A stretch of DNA of 64,000 bases from a bacterium (GTDB lineage Bacteria; UBA8248): contig OZ241326.1 in assembly GCA_965199855.1 (NCBI GenBank), positions 960,001 to 1,024,000 of the forward strand, given 5' to 3'. The translations under genes were made by a program, and so were the position numbers. The notes under the pieces were generated by a model. The model did not search any database. It was given only the letters and a program-made list of their open reading frames with translations, and was not told the origin of the DNA. Of this stretch, positions 37,980-46,476 are shown piece by piece. The first letter of the stretch is position 1. Every line of letters starts with the position of its first letter.

Positions 37980-40595
37980 TCACCACCTCTTGCGCCATGC
38001 GGCGAGGAGTCCGACCTCGCGCTTTTTCGAGACGGCGTGTCCGGGATGCCTCGACCAGACGGCCTCGAGGGAGAGCTCGCCGCCCAGGGCGTCCGCCCCG
38101 CGCCAGCGCGCCGAGAAGTCGATCTGCCGGCCCGAGGGCGCGAGTCCCGCCGAGACCGAGCGGCGAAGAATCTCCCCGCTCCACGCCCGCCCGACGGGAA
38201 GCGCCAGGCGGACGCGCCCGCCCTCCACGCGCGGCGGCTGGGAGACGGAGAAGACGAGCTCCCGCCCGGGCGTCAGCCGTCTGCGGGCGGAGAGCGACGC
38301 CGCGCTCGTGGTCACGTCCGAGAAGCCGGCTATCATCCCCCCGCCCGCGTGAATCCGCGAGAAGCCGGCCTCGACCTCCGCGGCCAAGCGCCACCCGCCC
38401 AGCTCCGCCTCCGCCTCGACCCCGGCGATGAGGCTGTCGGCGGCCAGGCGGCCGAACGCGCCGCCCGCCTTCGAGCCCAGGGCGGTCTCCTCCTCCCGGA
38501 GCCAGCCCAGACGCGCCCCGAACGCGGAGTCCGGCGGACGCCAGGCGAGAGCCAGCCCGGCGTCGGGCGCGTCATTCGCGCCGCGGCCGAGGCCGGAGGC
38601 CGCGAAGGCCGAGGCTTCCAGCCCCCCCGGCGTTCGATACGCCACGGTCGCGGCGTTCTCCGCGACGTTCAACAGGCTGCTCTCCGAAGCCACGGGAGAC
38701 CTGTAGAGACCGAAGCGCCAGCCGGCGCGCTCCACCCGCGCCTCCCTGCGGGGGACGCTCAGACCGTGGAGCCTCCGCTCGTTCGAGGGCTCCCCCCGCG
38801 CGGCGAGGGTGAGGGCCGAGGAATCGAACCAGAAGGGCGCGCCCAGGGCGTCTATCGCCGCGATCTCCACCCCGACCAGGGCGACCGACAGACCATCGCC
38901 CAGAGGCGCGCCCATCGCCAGCCGGGTGTCGGCGAGAGGATGCCCCGCGTCGCCCACGCTCCCGCCGCCCGCGACGACCGACAGCCCGCCCACCGGGCTG
39001 GTCGCCGCGCCCAGGTCCATCAGCCCCTGGCCGTAAATCTCGCGGTCGGCGTATCTGCCGCTCTTGTCGGCCGTGCGGAACAGGCGGACAAGCAACTCCT
39101 CGCTCGAGAGCTGATCGCGGAAAACCTGCCGCATCACCGCCAGACCCCCCGCAACCATCGGCGCCGCAAAAGACGTGCCGCTTCCCGACGCCACGGCCCT
39201 CGCCGCGCGGGTCTGGCCGCCCGCGTCAATCTGAGCGGAGTTGCAGTTTCCCAGAAAGGTACTGCCGCCAACGAAGCAGACGGGGCCGAAATAGGCTCTC
39301 CGAACCCCGCCGCCCGGCGCCGCGACGCACCAGTCCGCCGCGATCCCGCAGCGGTTGGAGAACGAGGAGATGACGCCGCCCGAGCCTACGGAAACCACGG
39401 CGACCGAATGGCCCCGCAGCTCCCGGATGCGCGCGGCCATCCCGGCAAGGATGTTCGGCGAGCGGGCGTCGAGCGAGCCCGCCGGCGCGTCCTTCATGCA
39501 GGTCGATGGGTCGGTGGTCAGGCAGTTCGGCGGGTTCTGGTTCCTGGGGTCGATCCCCATGCGGCCGCTGCCCACGCAATGGAGCGAGCCCGGCGAGCAC
39601 AGGTCGCCGTTGGCGTTGCCGGCGGACCAGACGAGGATGGTTTTTCGCTCGGCGTCCGCCTGCGCCAGCGCCGCGATGGGCTGGGCGAAGTTGGCGCGCA
39701 GCTGCGCCTCGGTATAGCCGTCAATGAGGCCGTATATGCTGAAGCTCAGGTTCAGGACGTCGAGGTTCTCGCTCGGGCGCAGGACGCGGTTGTAAAGCGC
39801 CGCCCAGTAAGAATTGGCATCGTTGAGCGCGCTTGGCGTGGTCGGGTAGTAGATTCTGCCCGATACCCCGCTTCCCAGCCGGATGGGGAACATCTTGAGG
39901 CTCGCGCCCCAGGCGACGCCCCGGAAGTCGGCGCAGTCGCTCGCCGTTCTGAACCGGCACGCGCCCGATGGCCGCGCGCCGACGATGCTGGCGACCGACG
40001 TGCCGTGGGAGGACGACGAGCCGTCCTCGTTCGCCGCGCGGGTGACGCCGGGGGAGGGGTCGAGGTCGATGAACGTCTCGGTAATCGACCCGCTCGAGAA
40101 GAGAGGATGCTCCTGATCTATCCCCGTGTCGAGAAAGCCCACCGTGACGCCCGACCCCGGGGCGGCGCCCGCTCCGCGCAGGAGCTCCACGTCCGCCCAG
40201 GCCTCGTCGGCGTTGATGGTCTCCAGCCCCCATTGCGCCGTGAAGTTCGTCCGGGCGCGGTGGCGGGCGGCGATGATGTTCCGTCTTTCCGTGTAGTCCG
40301 CGTTCGAGAGGCAGCCGAGGTCCTCCGTCTCGACGCCCGCGCACCGCTGGACCATCACGGGAGGCGGGGGAGGCGGTTCGGGCTGCGGTTGCGGCTGTCG
40401 CGGCTGCGGAGCGGGCGCGACCGCGGCCGGCGCGCCGCCGTCGCCACCTCCTCCGCCCCCGCATCCGGCGAGGAGCGCGCCCAGAAGGAGCGGGGCGAGG
40501 AGGAGCCTCGCGCCACCCCGCCCGCGGCTTCTTCCGTCCGCATCCGAAAGAGCCTCGCTCCCGGCTTGCGCCGGAAGAGACAGCGTCCGCCTCAT
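37980..40595 (-). CDS. S8 subtilisin-like serine protease lipoprotein (copy 2, tandem paralog)
   Basis: Same catalytic motifs; 3' ~1.2 kb near-identical to copy 1. Confidence 0.88.
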   Translation of the reverse strand: MRRTLSLPAQAGSEALSDADGRSRGRGGARLLLAPLLLGALLAGCGGGGGGDGGAPAAVAPAPQPRQPQPQPEPPPPPPVMVQRCAGVETEDLGCLSNADYTERRNIIAARHRARTNFTAQWGLETINADEAWADVELLRGAGAAPGSGVTVGFLDTGIDQEHPLFSSGSITETFIDLDPSPGVTRAANEDGSSSSHGTSVASIVGARPSGACRFRTASDCADFRGVAWGASLKMFPIRLGSGVSGRIYYPTTPSALNDANSYWAALYNRVLRPSENLDVLNLSFSIYGLIDGYTEAQLRANFAQPIAALAQADAERKTILVWSAGNANGDLCSPGSLHCVGSGRMGIDPRNQNPPNCLTTDPSTCMKDAPAGSLDARSPNILAGMAARIRELRGHSVAVVSVGSGGVISSFSNRCGIAADWCVAAPGGGVRRAYFGPVCFVGGSTFLGNCNSAQIDAGGQTRAARAVASGSGTSFAAPMVAGGLAVMRQVFRDQLSSEELLVRLFRTADKSGRYADREIYGQGLMDLGAATSPVGGLSVVAGGGSVGDAGHPLADTRLAMGAPLGDGLSVALVGVEIAAIDALGAPFWFDSSALTLAARGEPSNERRLHGLSVPRREARVERAGWRFGLYRSPVASESSLLNVAENAATVAYRTPGGLEASAFAASGLGRGANDAPDAGLALAWRPPDSAFGARLGWLREEETALGSKAGGAFGRLAADSLIAGVEAEAELGGWRLAAEVEAGFSRIHAGGGMIAGFSDVTTSAASLSARRRLTPGRELVFSVSQPPRVEGGRVRLALPVGRAWSGEILRRSVSAGLAPSGRQIDFSARWRGADALGGELSLEAVWSRHPGHAVSKKREVGLLAAWRKRW

Positions 40596-40930
40596 TCCCG
40601 TTCGCCCCCCGGTTTGGATGCGCCCGCGCGCGGCTTTTCGTCTGGTTCCAAAAGGCGACTTTACCCGATGCGGGCGGTTTTTGGTAGGCCGGCCCGCGCT
40701 TCCGCCCGCGGGTTTTGGGAGTTTTCCGCCGCGCCATTCAAAGTTATTCATATTTATGCCTGAAATCTTCATAACAAAATTCCTTATTCAGCTTTGCGGG
40801 ATAAGGAATGAACGAAAAGAGACTTTCGGGGAGGTGATTCTTGCAGGTCGACGTCGTTTTATTTATATTTGACGCGCGATTCTTAACAAGAAAATGCTTT
40901 ATTAAGTTTTCAGCAACAAGGATTTTGCGC

Positions 40931-42091
40931 ATGAAACGGGGCGAGACCGGGAAATACGAAACGACGATCGTCGGCGGCGAGTCCGAGCGCGCCTTCGTGC
41001 CCTCTCGCCTGCCGCCTGCGCCCGCGCTGGACTTGACGGAGCTCCACGCGCCTCTGGAGAAGGCGTCGCTGGCGCTGGGCCGTCTGGACGGTTTGTCCAC
41101 TTTGCTCCCCGAGACGCATTTATTCCTCTACACCTATGTTCGCAAGGAGGCCGTGCTCTCCTCGCAGATTGAGGGGACCCAGTCCTCGCTCTCCGATCTG
41201 CTGCTGTTCGAGCTGGAGCAGTGGCCGGGCGCGCCCTTCGACGACGTAGTCGAGGTCTCCAACTACGTGGCCGCGCTGGAGCACGGCCTGGAGCGGATGC
41301 GCGAGGGGTTTCCGCTCTGCGGCCGCCTCATGCGCGAGATTCACGCCAAACTGCTCGCGCGCGGCCGGGGCGTCAACAAGGCGCCGGGCCAGTTCAGACG
41401 CTCGCAGAACTGGATCGGCGGCGCGCGGCCCGGGACGGCGCATTTCGTGCCCCCTCCGCCGCATCGCGTCGCCGAGTGCATGGCGGATCTGGAGCGCTTC
41501 TTCCATGCGGAGGAGCCGGCTTTGTCCGCGCTGCTGCGGGCGGGCCTCGCCCACGTCCAGTTCGAGACGATTCACCCTTTTCTGGACGGCAACGGCCGCG
41601 TGGGCCGCCTGCTGATCACGCTCATGCTGTGGAGCGACGGCGCGCTGCGCGCTCCGCTGCTGTATCTGAGCCTCTATTTCAAGCAGCGCCGGGCGGACTA
41701 TTACGCGCTCCTCGACGAGGTGCGGCGAACAGGCGACTGGGAGGCGTGGCTCGCGTTCTTTCTGGAGGGCGTGGCGCAGACGGCGGAGGGCGCCGCCTCG
41801 ACCGCGCAGCGGCTGATGGACCTGTTTGAGGCAGATCGGACGCGAATGGGAGGAACGGGCCGCGCCGCGAATTCGGCGATGCGCGTCCACCGGGTGATGC
41901 AGGAGCGTCCGATCATCTCGCTTCAGGAGCTCGCAAAGCGCACGGGACTTTCCTATCCCGGGGCGTCCGGCGGGATAGGGACGCTTGAGAGGCTGGGGGT
42001 GGTCCGCGAACTGACGGGCAAGAGGCGCAACCGCCTGTTCGGATACAAGGACTACCTCTCCATTCTCGAAGAGGGAACCGAGGCGCTCTGA
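40931..42091 (+). CDS. Fic family protein with C-terminal HTH
   Basis: HPFLDGNGRVGR active site; N-terminal SSQIEG inhibitory motif. Confidence 0.93.
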   Translation: MKRGETGKYETTIVGGESERAFVPSRLPPAPALDLTELHAPLEKASLALGRLDGLSTLLPETHLFLYTYVRKEAVLSSQIEGTQSSLSDLLLFELEQWPGAPFDDVVEVSNYVAALEHGLERMREGFPLCGRLMREIHAKLLARGRGVNKAPGQFRRSQNWIGGARPGTAHFVPPPPHRVAECMADLERFFHAEEPALSALLRAGLAHVQFETIHPFLDGNGRVGRLLITLMLWSDGALRAPLLYLSLYFKQRRADYYALLDEVRRTGDWEAWLAFFLEGVAQTAEGAASTAQRLMDLFEADRTRMGGTGRAANSAMRVHRVMQERPIISLQELAKRTGLSYPGASGGIGTLERLGVVRELTGKRRNRLFGYKDYLSILEEGTEAL

Positions 42092-42232
42092 GCCGTCCCC
42101 GCGCGCATCCTTGAAGTCTCCCCTGCCGGCTTGTTCGCATTTAAGCCTGAAAGTTCAATAGTGAAATTCCTTATTGAACTTTCGCGCAATCAGGGGAGCT
42201 TGCGAGGCGGGAAGCGTCCGCCCGCGCCTGCG

Positions 42233-43066
42233 TCAATACTTCTCGGGCACGAAATTCTGCTCGCTCATGGGCGGCCGCTCAAGGGCCTGCGCCGGCGGGC
42301 GCGGAGGGAGCGGGGCGGGGGCGGGCGTCAGGTCCCGATAGGGGATGAGGCCGAGCAGATGGCTGATGCAGTTGAGGCGGGCGCGCCGCTTGTCGTCGGC
42401 GTCCACCACGAACCAGGGCGCCTGCGGTATGTCGGTATGCGCGAACATTTCGTCCTTCGCTCTGGAATACGCGACCCATCGGTTGCGCGATTCCACATCC
42501 ATCGGGGAGAGCTTCCACCGCTTCGTCGGGTCGCGGAGGCGCGCCTGAAAGCGGCGCTCCTGCTCCTCGTCGCTGACCGAGAACCAGTATTTGATCAGCG
42601 TGATTCCCGAGCGGACGAGCATTCGCTCGAACGTCGGGCAGGAGCGCAGAAACTCGCGGTATTCCGCCTCCGAGCAGAAGTCCATGACCCGCTCGACGCC
42701 CGCGCGGTTGTACCAGGAGCGGTCGAACAGCGTCATCTCGCCGGCGGCGGGCAGATGCCCGGCGTAGCGCTGGAAATACCACTGGGCGCGCTCGCGCTCC
42801 GTCGGCGCCCCCAGCGCGACGACGCGGCAGACGCGCGGGTTCAGGCTCTGCGTGATGCGCTTGATGACGCCGCCCTTGCCGGCCGCGTCGCGTCCCTCGA
42901 AGAGGACGACGACCTTGAGTCCTTCCCGCCGTATCCACTCCTGGAGCTTGACCAGCTCGATCTGAAGCCTCGCCAGCTCGGCCTCGTAGGCTTTCTTCCG
43001 CACCTTTTTCCCGGGCGCTTTCGGGGCGGCGGGGCCGGCCCCCTCGCGCCCGTCTCTCTTCGCCAT
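42233..43066 (-). CDS. ppk2: Polyphosphate kinase 2
   Basis: FEGRDAAGKGG, FDRSWYNRAGVE, WKLSPMD. Confidence 0.96.
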   Translation of the reverse strand: MAKRDGREGAGPAAPKAPGKKVRKKAYEAELARLQIELVKLQEWIRREGLKVVVLFEGRDAAGKGGVIKRITQSLNPRVCRVVALGAPTERERAQWYFQRYAGHLPAAGEMTLFDRSWYNRAGVERVMDFCSEAEYREFLRSCPTFERMLVRSGITLIKYWFSVSDEEQERRFQARLRDPTKRWKLSPMDVESRNRWVAYSRAKDEMFAHTDIPQAPWFVVDADDKRRARLNCISHLLGLIPYRDLTPAPAPLPPRPPAQALERPPMSEQNFVPEKY

Positions 43067-43258
43067 CGCCGCCTCCCCTCAAGCCTCTAAGCCTGTCCGC
43101 CTCCGCGCGCGCGCCGGATGATAGCAACGGCGCGGGAGCCGCGCCAGACCGCCCCCGGACGGCGGAAAATCCGGCTCCGGGCGCCCCGGATGCGCGCGGG
43201 GTCTCTTTCCGCTATATTGCGTCTGAAATTTTCCGTCCCCGCCTCATGAAGGCGCCCG

Positions 43259-44794
43259 TTGGAATACCTCTCGTTCTCGTGGAAAAACCGCAGGTTTCTC
43301 GCCTTCGGATTCCTGCTCTCGTTTTTTTCGTGCTTTGGCCAGTCCTACTTCATCGCCGTGTTCAACGCCGACATCCGGCGCGCCTTCTCGCTCTCCCACG
43401 GCGCGTTCGGCCTGGCCTACGGCGTCGCCACCGTCTCGAGCGCGCTGTGCCTGATATGGCTCGGGCGGATGATCGACGGGACGAGGCTCCGGCGCTTCGC
43501 CCTGGGCGCGTGCCTGGGCCTGGCCGCCGCCTGCGCGGCGATGGCCTCGGCCCCCGCCTTCTGGGCGCTCCTCCTCGCGCTGTTCGCCCTGCGGCTCACG
43601 GGACAGGGGCTGATGGTTCACGCGGCGGTGACGAGCGTCGCCCGGCGCTTCTCCGCCGAGCGCGGCCGCGCCGTCAGCGTCGTCTCAATGGGCGCGCCGG
43701 CGGGCCAGGCGATCATGGCGCTCGTCGCGGTGGCCTTGAGCGCGTGGCTCGGCTGGCGGCATATCTGGCTCGTCATGGCCCTCTGCGTCCTCTTCCTCGT
43801 CATGCCGTCGGTCGCCTGGCTGCTTCAGGGGCATGAGGATGAACACCTAAGGCCCGGCGCGCGGGGGGCGGCGGCTCCTGAGCGGACGCGCGGAGGATGG
43901 TCGAGGGCAGACGTGCTGCGCGACGCGCGCTTCTACTTCATCCTGCCCGTCTTTCTGGCGCCCTCGTTCATCGTCACCGGCTTTTTCTTTCACATGGCGC
44001 ATCTGGCGGAGGCAAAGGGCTGGAGCCTCGCCTTTTTCGCGGGCGCCTACGCGCTCTACACTCTGACCTCGATCGCCTGCGCCCTGCTGACGGGGCCGCT
44101 CATCGACCGGATCGGCGCGGTGCGGGTTCTCCCCTGGCATCTCGCGCCCATGTGCCTGGGACTCCTCGCGCTGGCGGTCTCGAACCGCCCGGCCGCCGCG
44201 ATGATCTACCTCTCCCTGGCGGGCGTCAGCGTGGGGGCGCGCGTCACGGTCGGCGGCGCCGTCTGGGCGGAAATCTACGGGGTGGAGAATCTGGGGGCGA
44301 TTCGCTCCCTGGCGACCTCGTTCATGGTGGTCTCGACGGCGCTCTCGCCCGTCCTCATGGGCTGGATGATCGACCTGCGCTTCAGCGTGGAGACGCTCGC
44401 CCTCATGTGCCTGGCCTATGGGGCGGCGTCATCGCTCCTGAGCGGGATTTCCCTGGGTCTCCGCGCGCGCCTCGCGCTGAGAGGATCGCCGCCTCGGGGG
44501 GCTTTTGCCGACGCGCTATCGGGACGGAGTATTCTCTCGCATACGCGGTTACTCGAACAAGTCCGAGTGCGTGCCGGTGCGGATGAAGGTAACCGCGCTC
44601 TCGTCCTCTTCCCAGATGAGAAGCCAGTCGGGTTCAATGTGGCACTCATGGCAAGAGAACCATGCGCCGGAGAGGCGGTGGGGCCTGTTACGCGGGTCAA
44701 GCGGCTCGCCGGCGGCCAGTTTCTCGGCGACTTCGGCGAATTTATCGAGGTCTTTGTTGAATTGCGTGGTCGCGCGGACTTCACGCATCGTTGA
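43259..44794 (+). CDS. MFS transporter; frame runs ~100 codons beyond the fold, antisense through yafQ
   Basis: FGQSYFI, 12-TM pattern ending near 44460; no stop until 44794; TTG start. Confidence 0.75.
   Translation: MEYLSFSWKNRRFLAFGFLLSFFSCFGQSYFIAVFNADIRRAFSLSHGAFGLAYGVATVSSALCLIWLGRMIDGTRLRRFALGACLGLAAACAAMASAPAFWALLLALFALRLTGQGLMVHAAVTSVARRFSAERGRAVSVVSMGAPAGQAIMALVAVALSAWLGWRHIWLVMALCVLFLVMPSVAWLLQGHEDEHLRPGARGAAAPERTRGGWSRADVLRDARFYFILPVFLAPSFIVTGFFFHMAHLAEAKGWSLAFFAGAYALYTLTSIACALLTGPLIDRIGAVRVLPWHLAPMCLGLLALAVSNRPAAAMIYLSLAGVSVGARVTVGGAVWAEIYGVENLGAIRSLATSFMVVSTALSPVLMGWMIDLRFSVETLALMCLAYGAASSLLSGISLGLRARLALRGSPPRGAFADALSGRSILSHTRLLEQVRVRAGADEGNRALVLFPDEKPVGFNVALMAREPCAGEAVGPVTRVKRLAGGQFLGDFGEFIEVFVELRGRADFTHR
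44549..44788 (-). CDS. yafQ: YafQ-family (RelE superfamily) toxin, 79 aa
   Basis: HRLSG, ECHIEPDWLL, RTGTHSDLF. Confidence 0.85.
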   Translation of the reverse strand: MREVRATTQFNKDLDKFAEVAEKLAAGEPLDPRNRPHRLSGAWFSCHECHIEPDWLLIWEEDESAVTFIRTGTHSDLFE

Positions 44795-45065
44795 GGCGAG
44801 CGATCAACTCGTTGACGCCGCCGTATCTGCTCAATCCTTCCCCGCCGCGCGCTTGGCGGATGGCCTCGCGGGTCTCCACGTTGGGGGCGCCTGGCTCCGG
44901 CGAAAGGCCGCGATGCGCTTCGAGCATTTCATAGAACAACGGGATCGCCTTGTAGAACAGCCTGATCGCCTCGGTCGGCGACAGGCCGAGAGCGGAAAAA
45001 ATTCTCTCGGCCTCTTGCTTGAGTTCGGTGTCCACGTGAGCGCGGACGATTTCAGTTTTGGCCAT
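44781..45065 (-). CDS. dinJ: RelB/DinJ-family antitoxin
   Basis: VRAHVDTELKQEAERIFSALGLSPTEAIRLF, PNVETREAI; overlaps the toxin start. Confidence 0.85.
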   Translation of the reverse strand: MAKTEIVRAHVDTELKQEAERIFSALGLSPTEAIRLFYKAIPLFYEMLEAHRGLSPEPGAPNVETREAIRQARGGEGLSRYGGVNELIARLNDA

Positions 45066-45084
45066 GGCGCACCTCCATTCCTCA

Positions 45085-45113
45085 AAGATAATCCTGCTCA
45101 ATGCCTAAGTCAA
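45085..45113 (-). promoter_or_regulatory. Sigma70 promoter of dinJ-yafQ
   Basis: TTGACT-17bp-TATCTT upstream of RBS GGAGG. Confidence 0.6.
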
Positions 45114-45161
45114 CGGATGGCTTCGCGCTTAGAAACCCGCCGCCTCGGGGGGCGCTCCGCC

Positions 45162-45545
45162 TCAGCGGCTCCGCCGTCTGGAGGGGGCGAAGCGCCGTCG
45201 CCAGCTCGCCGTCTGCGAGCGGGTGATGCGATAGAGCATCCAGCCGCCTGCGGTCACCGAAACGAGGATGAGCGCGAAGCCGAGCGTCATCACCCTCTGA
45301 AACGGGGTGGCGCGCCCGGACGCGCCGCGTTCGCCCGCGCGGGGAGCGCCTCCGGCGGAGGGTTTGAGGGGCGGCGGCGCGGGGTCGGGCAACCAGACGA
45401 AGGGCGCCGCCACCATCGCCGCGACCAGGAGGACGGGCAACGCCAGGCGCGTGAGATAAAGACGAAGCAAAGAGAACCACCTCCCGCCTCCGACTATAAA
45501 GGCTTCGCCGGGCGGGGAAAAGGCCGCCCGCGCCGCCCGGCGCAT
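45162..45545 (-). CDS. Small hypothetical membrane protein
   Basis: Two hydrophobic stretches; start uncertain. Confidence 0.35.
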   Translation of the reverse strand: MRRAARAAFSPPGEAFIVGGGRWFSLLRLYLTRLALPVLLVAAMVAAPFVWLPDPAPPPLKPSAGGAPRAGERGASGRATPFQRVMTLGFALILVSVTAGGWMLYRITRSQTASWRRRFAPSRRRSR

Positions 45546-45708
45546 GATCGCCCATGGGGAGACGCGAGGCGTCCCCGCGTCGGGAAAGCCGCGCTTGGCG
45601 CGCGAGAGCGTGATTCCCCCCGTTTTTTTCCGTATGATGCGCGCGGGAGGAACTCGCCCGGGTTTTTCGCCGGCTTTCAGACGTCATCCCGGCGAGGGAG
45701 GGAAGCGG

Positions 45709-46476
45709 ATGTTGCGGCCGAGAATCGGAATCACCTGCGACCTGGGCGCGCGGAACTTTCCCGAGGCGCCCCGGCAGCGTCCCCGCCACCTGCTGATGGA
45801 CGCCTACGTGGAGGCCGTGCTCAAGGCGGGCGGCGCGCCCCTGCTTCTGCCCGCGGTGGAGGACGAGCGCGCGGGCGCGGCCGCCCTCGAGGGAGTGGAC
45901 GGGCTGATCATATCGGGCAACGCCTGCGACATCGACCCCGCGCTCTACGGGGAGGATCGGCTGCCCGCGTGCAACCCGCCGAATCCCAGGCGCGAGGCGG
46001 CGGAGATGGCCTCGTGCCGGGCGGCGATGGCGCGCGACATGCCTGTGCTCGGCATCTGCGGGGGGATGCAGGTGCTGAACGTGGCGGCGGGCGGCGCGCT
46101 CTGGCAGGACATTCCCTCGCAGATAGAGGGCGCGCTGCCGCACGCGCCGAAGAACCCCGGGAAAAGCACCTATGTCTTTCACGAGGTGGAGGTCGAGGAC
46201 TCCATCCTGCGGGAAATCCTCGGGAGCGCCTCCGAGGTGAACAGCCATCACCACCAGAGCGCGCGCGAGGCGGGGCCCGGCGTGCGCGTTTCGGCGCGGA
46301 CGGCGGACGGCGTGGTCGAGGCCATCGAGTGCCCCTCGCACCGCTTCGTCGTGGGCGTGCAGTGGCATCCCGAATCCATGTCGGCCTACGGCTCCGCCGA
46401 CGGCGAGGGGGCGGGGCGCCTCTTCGCGCGCTTCGTGGACGAGGCCCGCGCCTTCGCCGAGGAGAACGGGGGGTGA
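45709..46476 (+). CDS. Peptidase C26 / gamma-glutamyl-gamma-aminobutyrate hydrolase family
   Basis: PVLGICGGMQ, VNSHHHQ, GVQWHPE; RBS GGAGG. Confidence 0.9.
   Translation: MLRPRIGITCDLGARNFPEAPRQRPRHLLMDAYVEAVLKAGGAPLLLPAVEDERAGAAALEGVDGLIISGNACDIDPALYGEDRLPACNPPNPRREAAEMASCRAAMARDMPVLGICGGMQVLNVAAGGALWQDIPSQIEGALPHAPKNPGKSTYVFHEVEVEDSILREILGSASEVNSHHHQSAREAGPGVRVSARTADGVVEAIECPSHRFVVGVQWHPESMSAYGSADGEGAGRLFARFVDEARAFAEENGG

Noticed and set aside
35398-38394. 998-aa version of S8 copy 1
   Set aside because: The N-terminal extension overlaps the 3' end of copy 2 in another frame; the paralog alignment supports a start near 37911.
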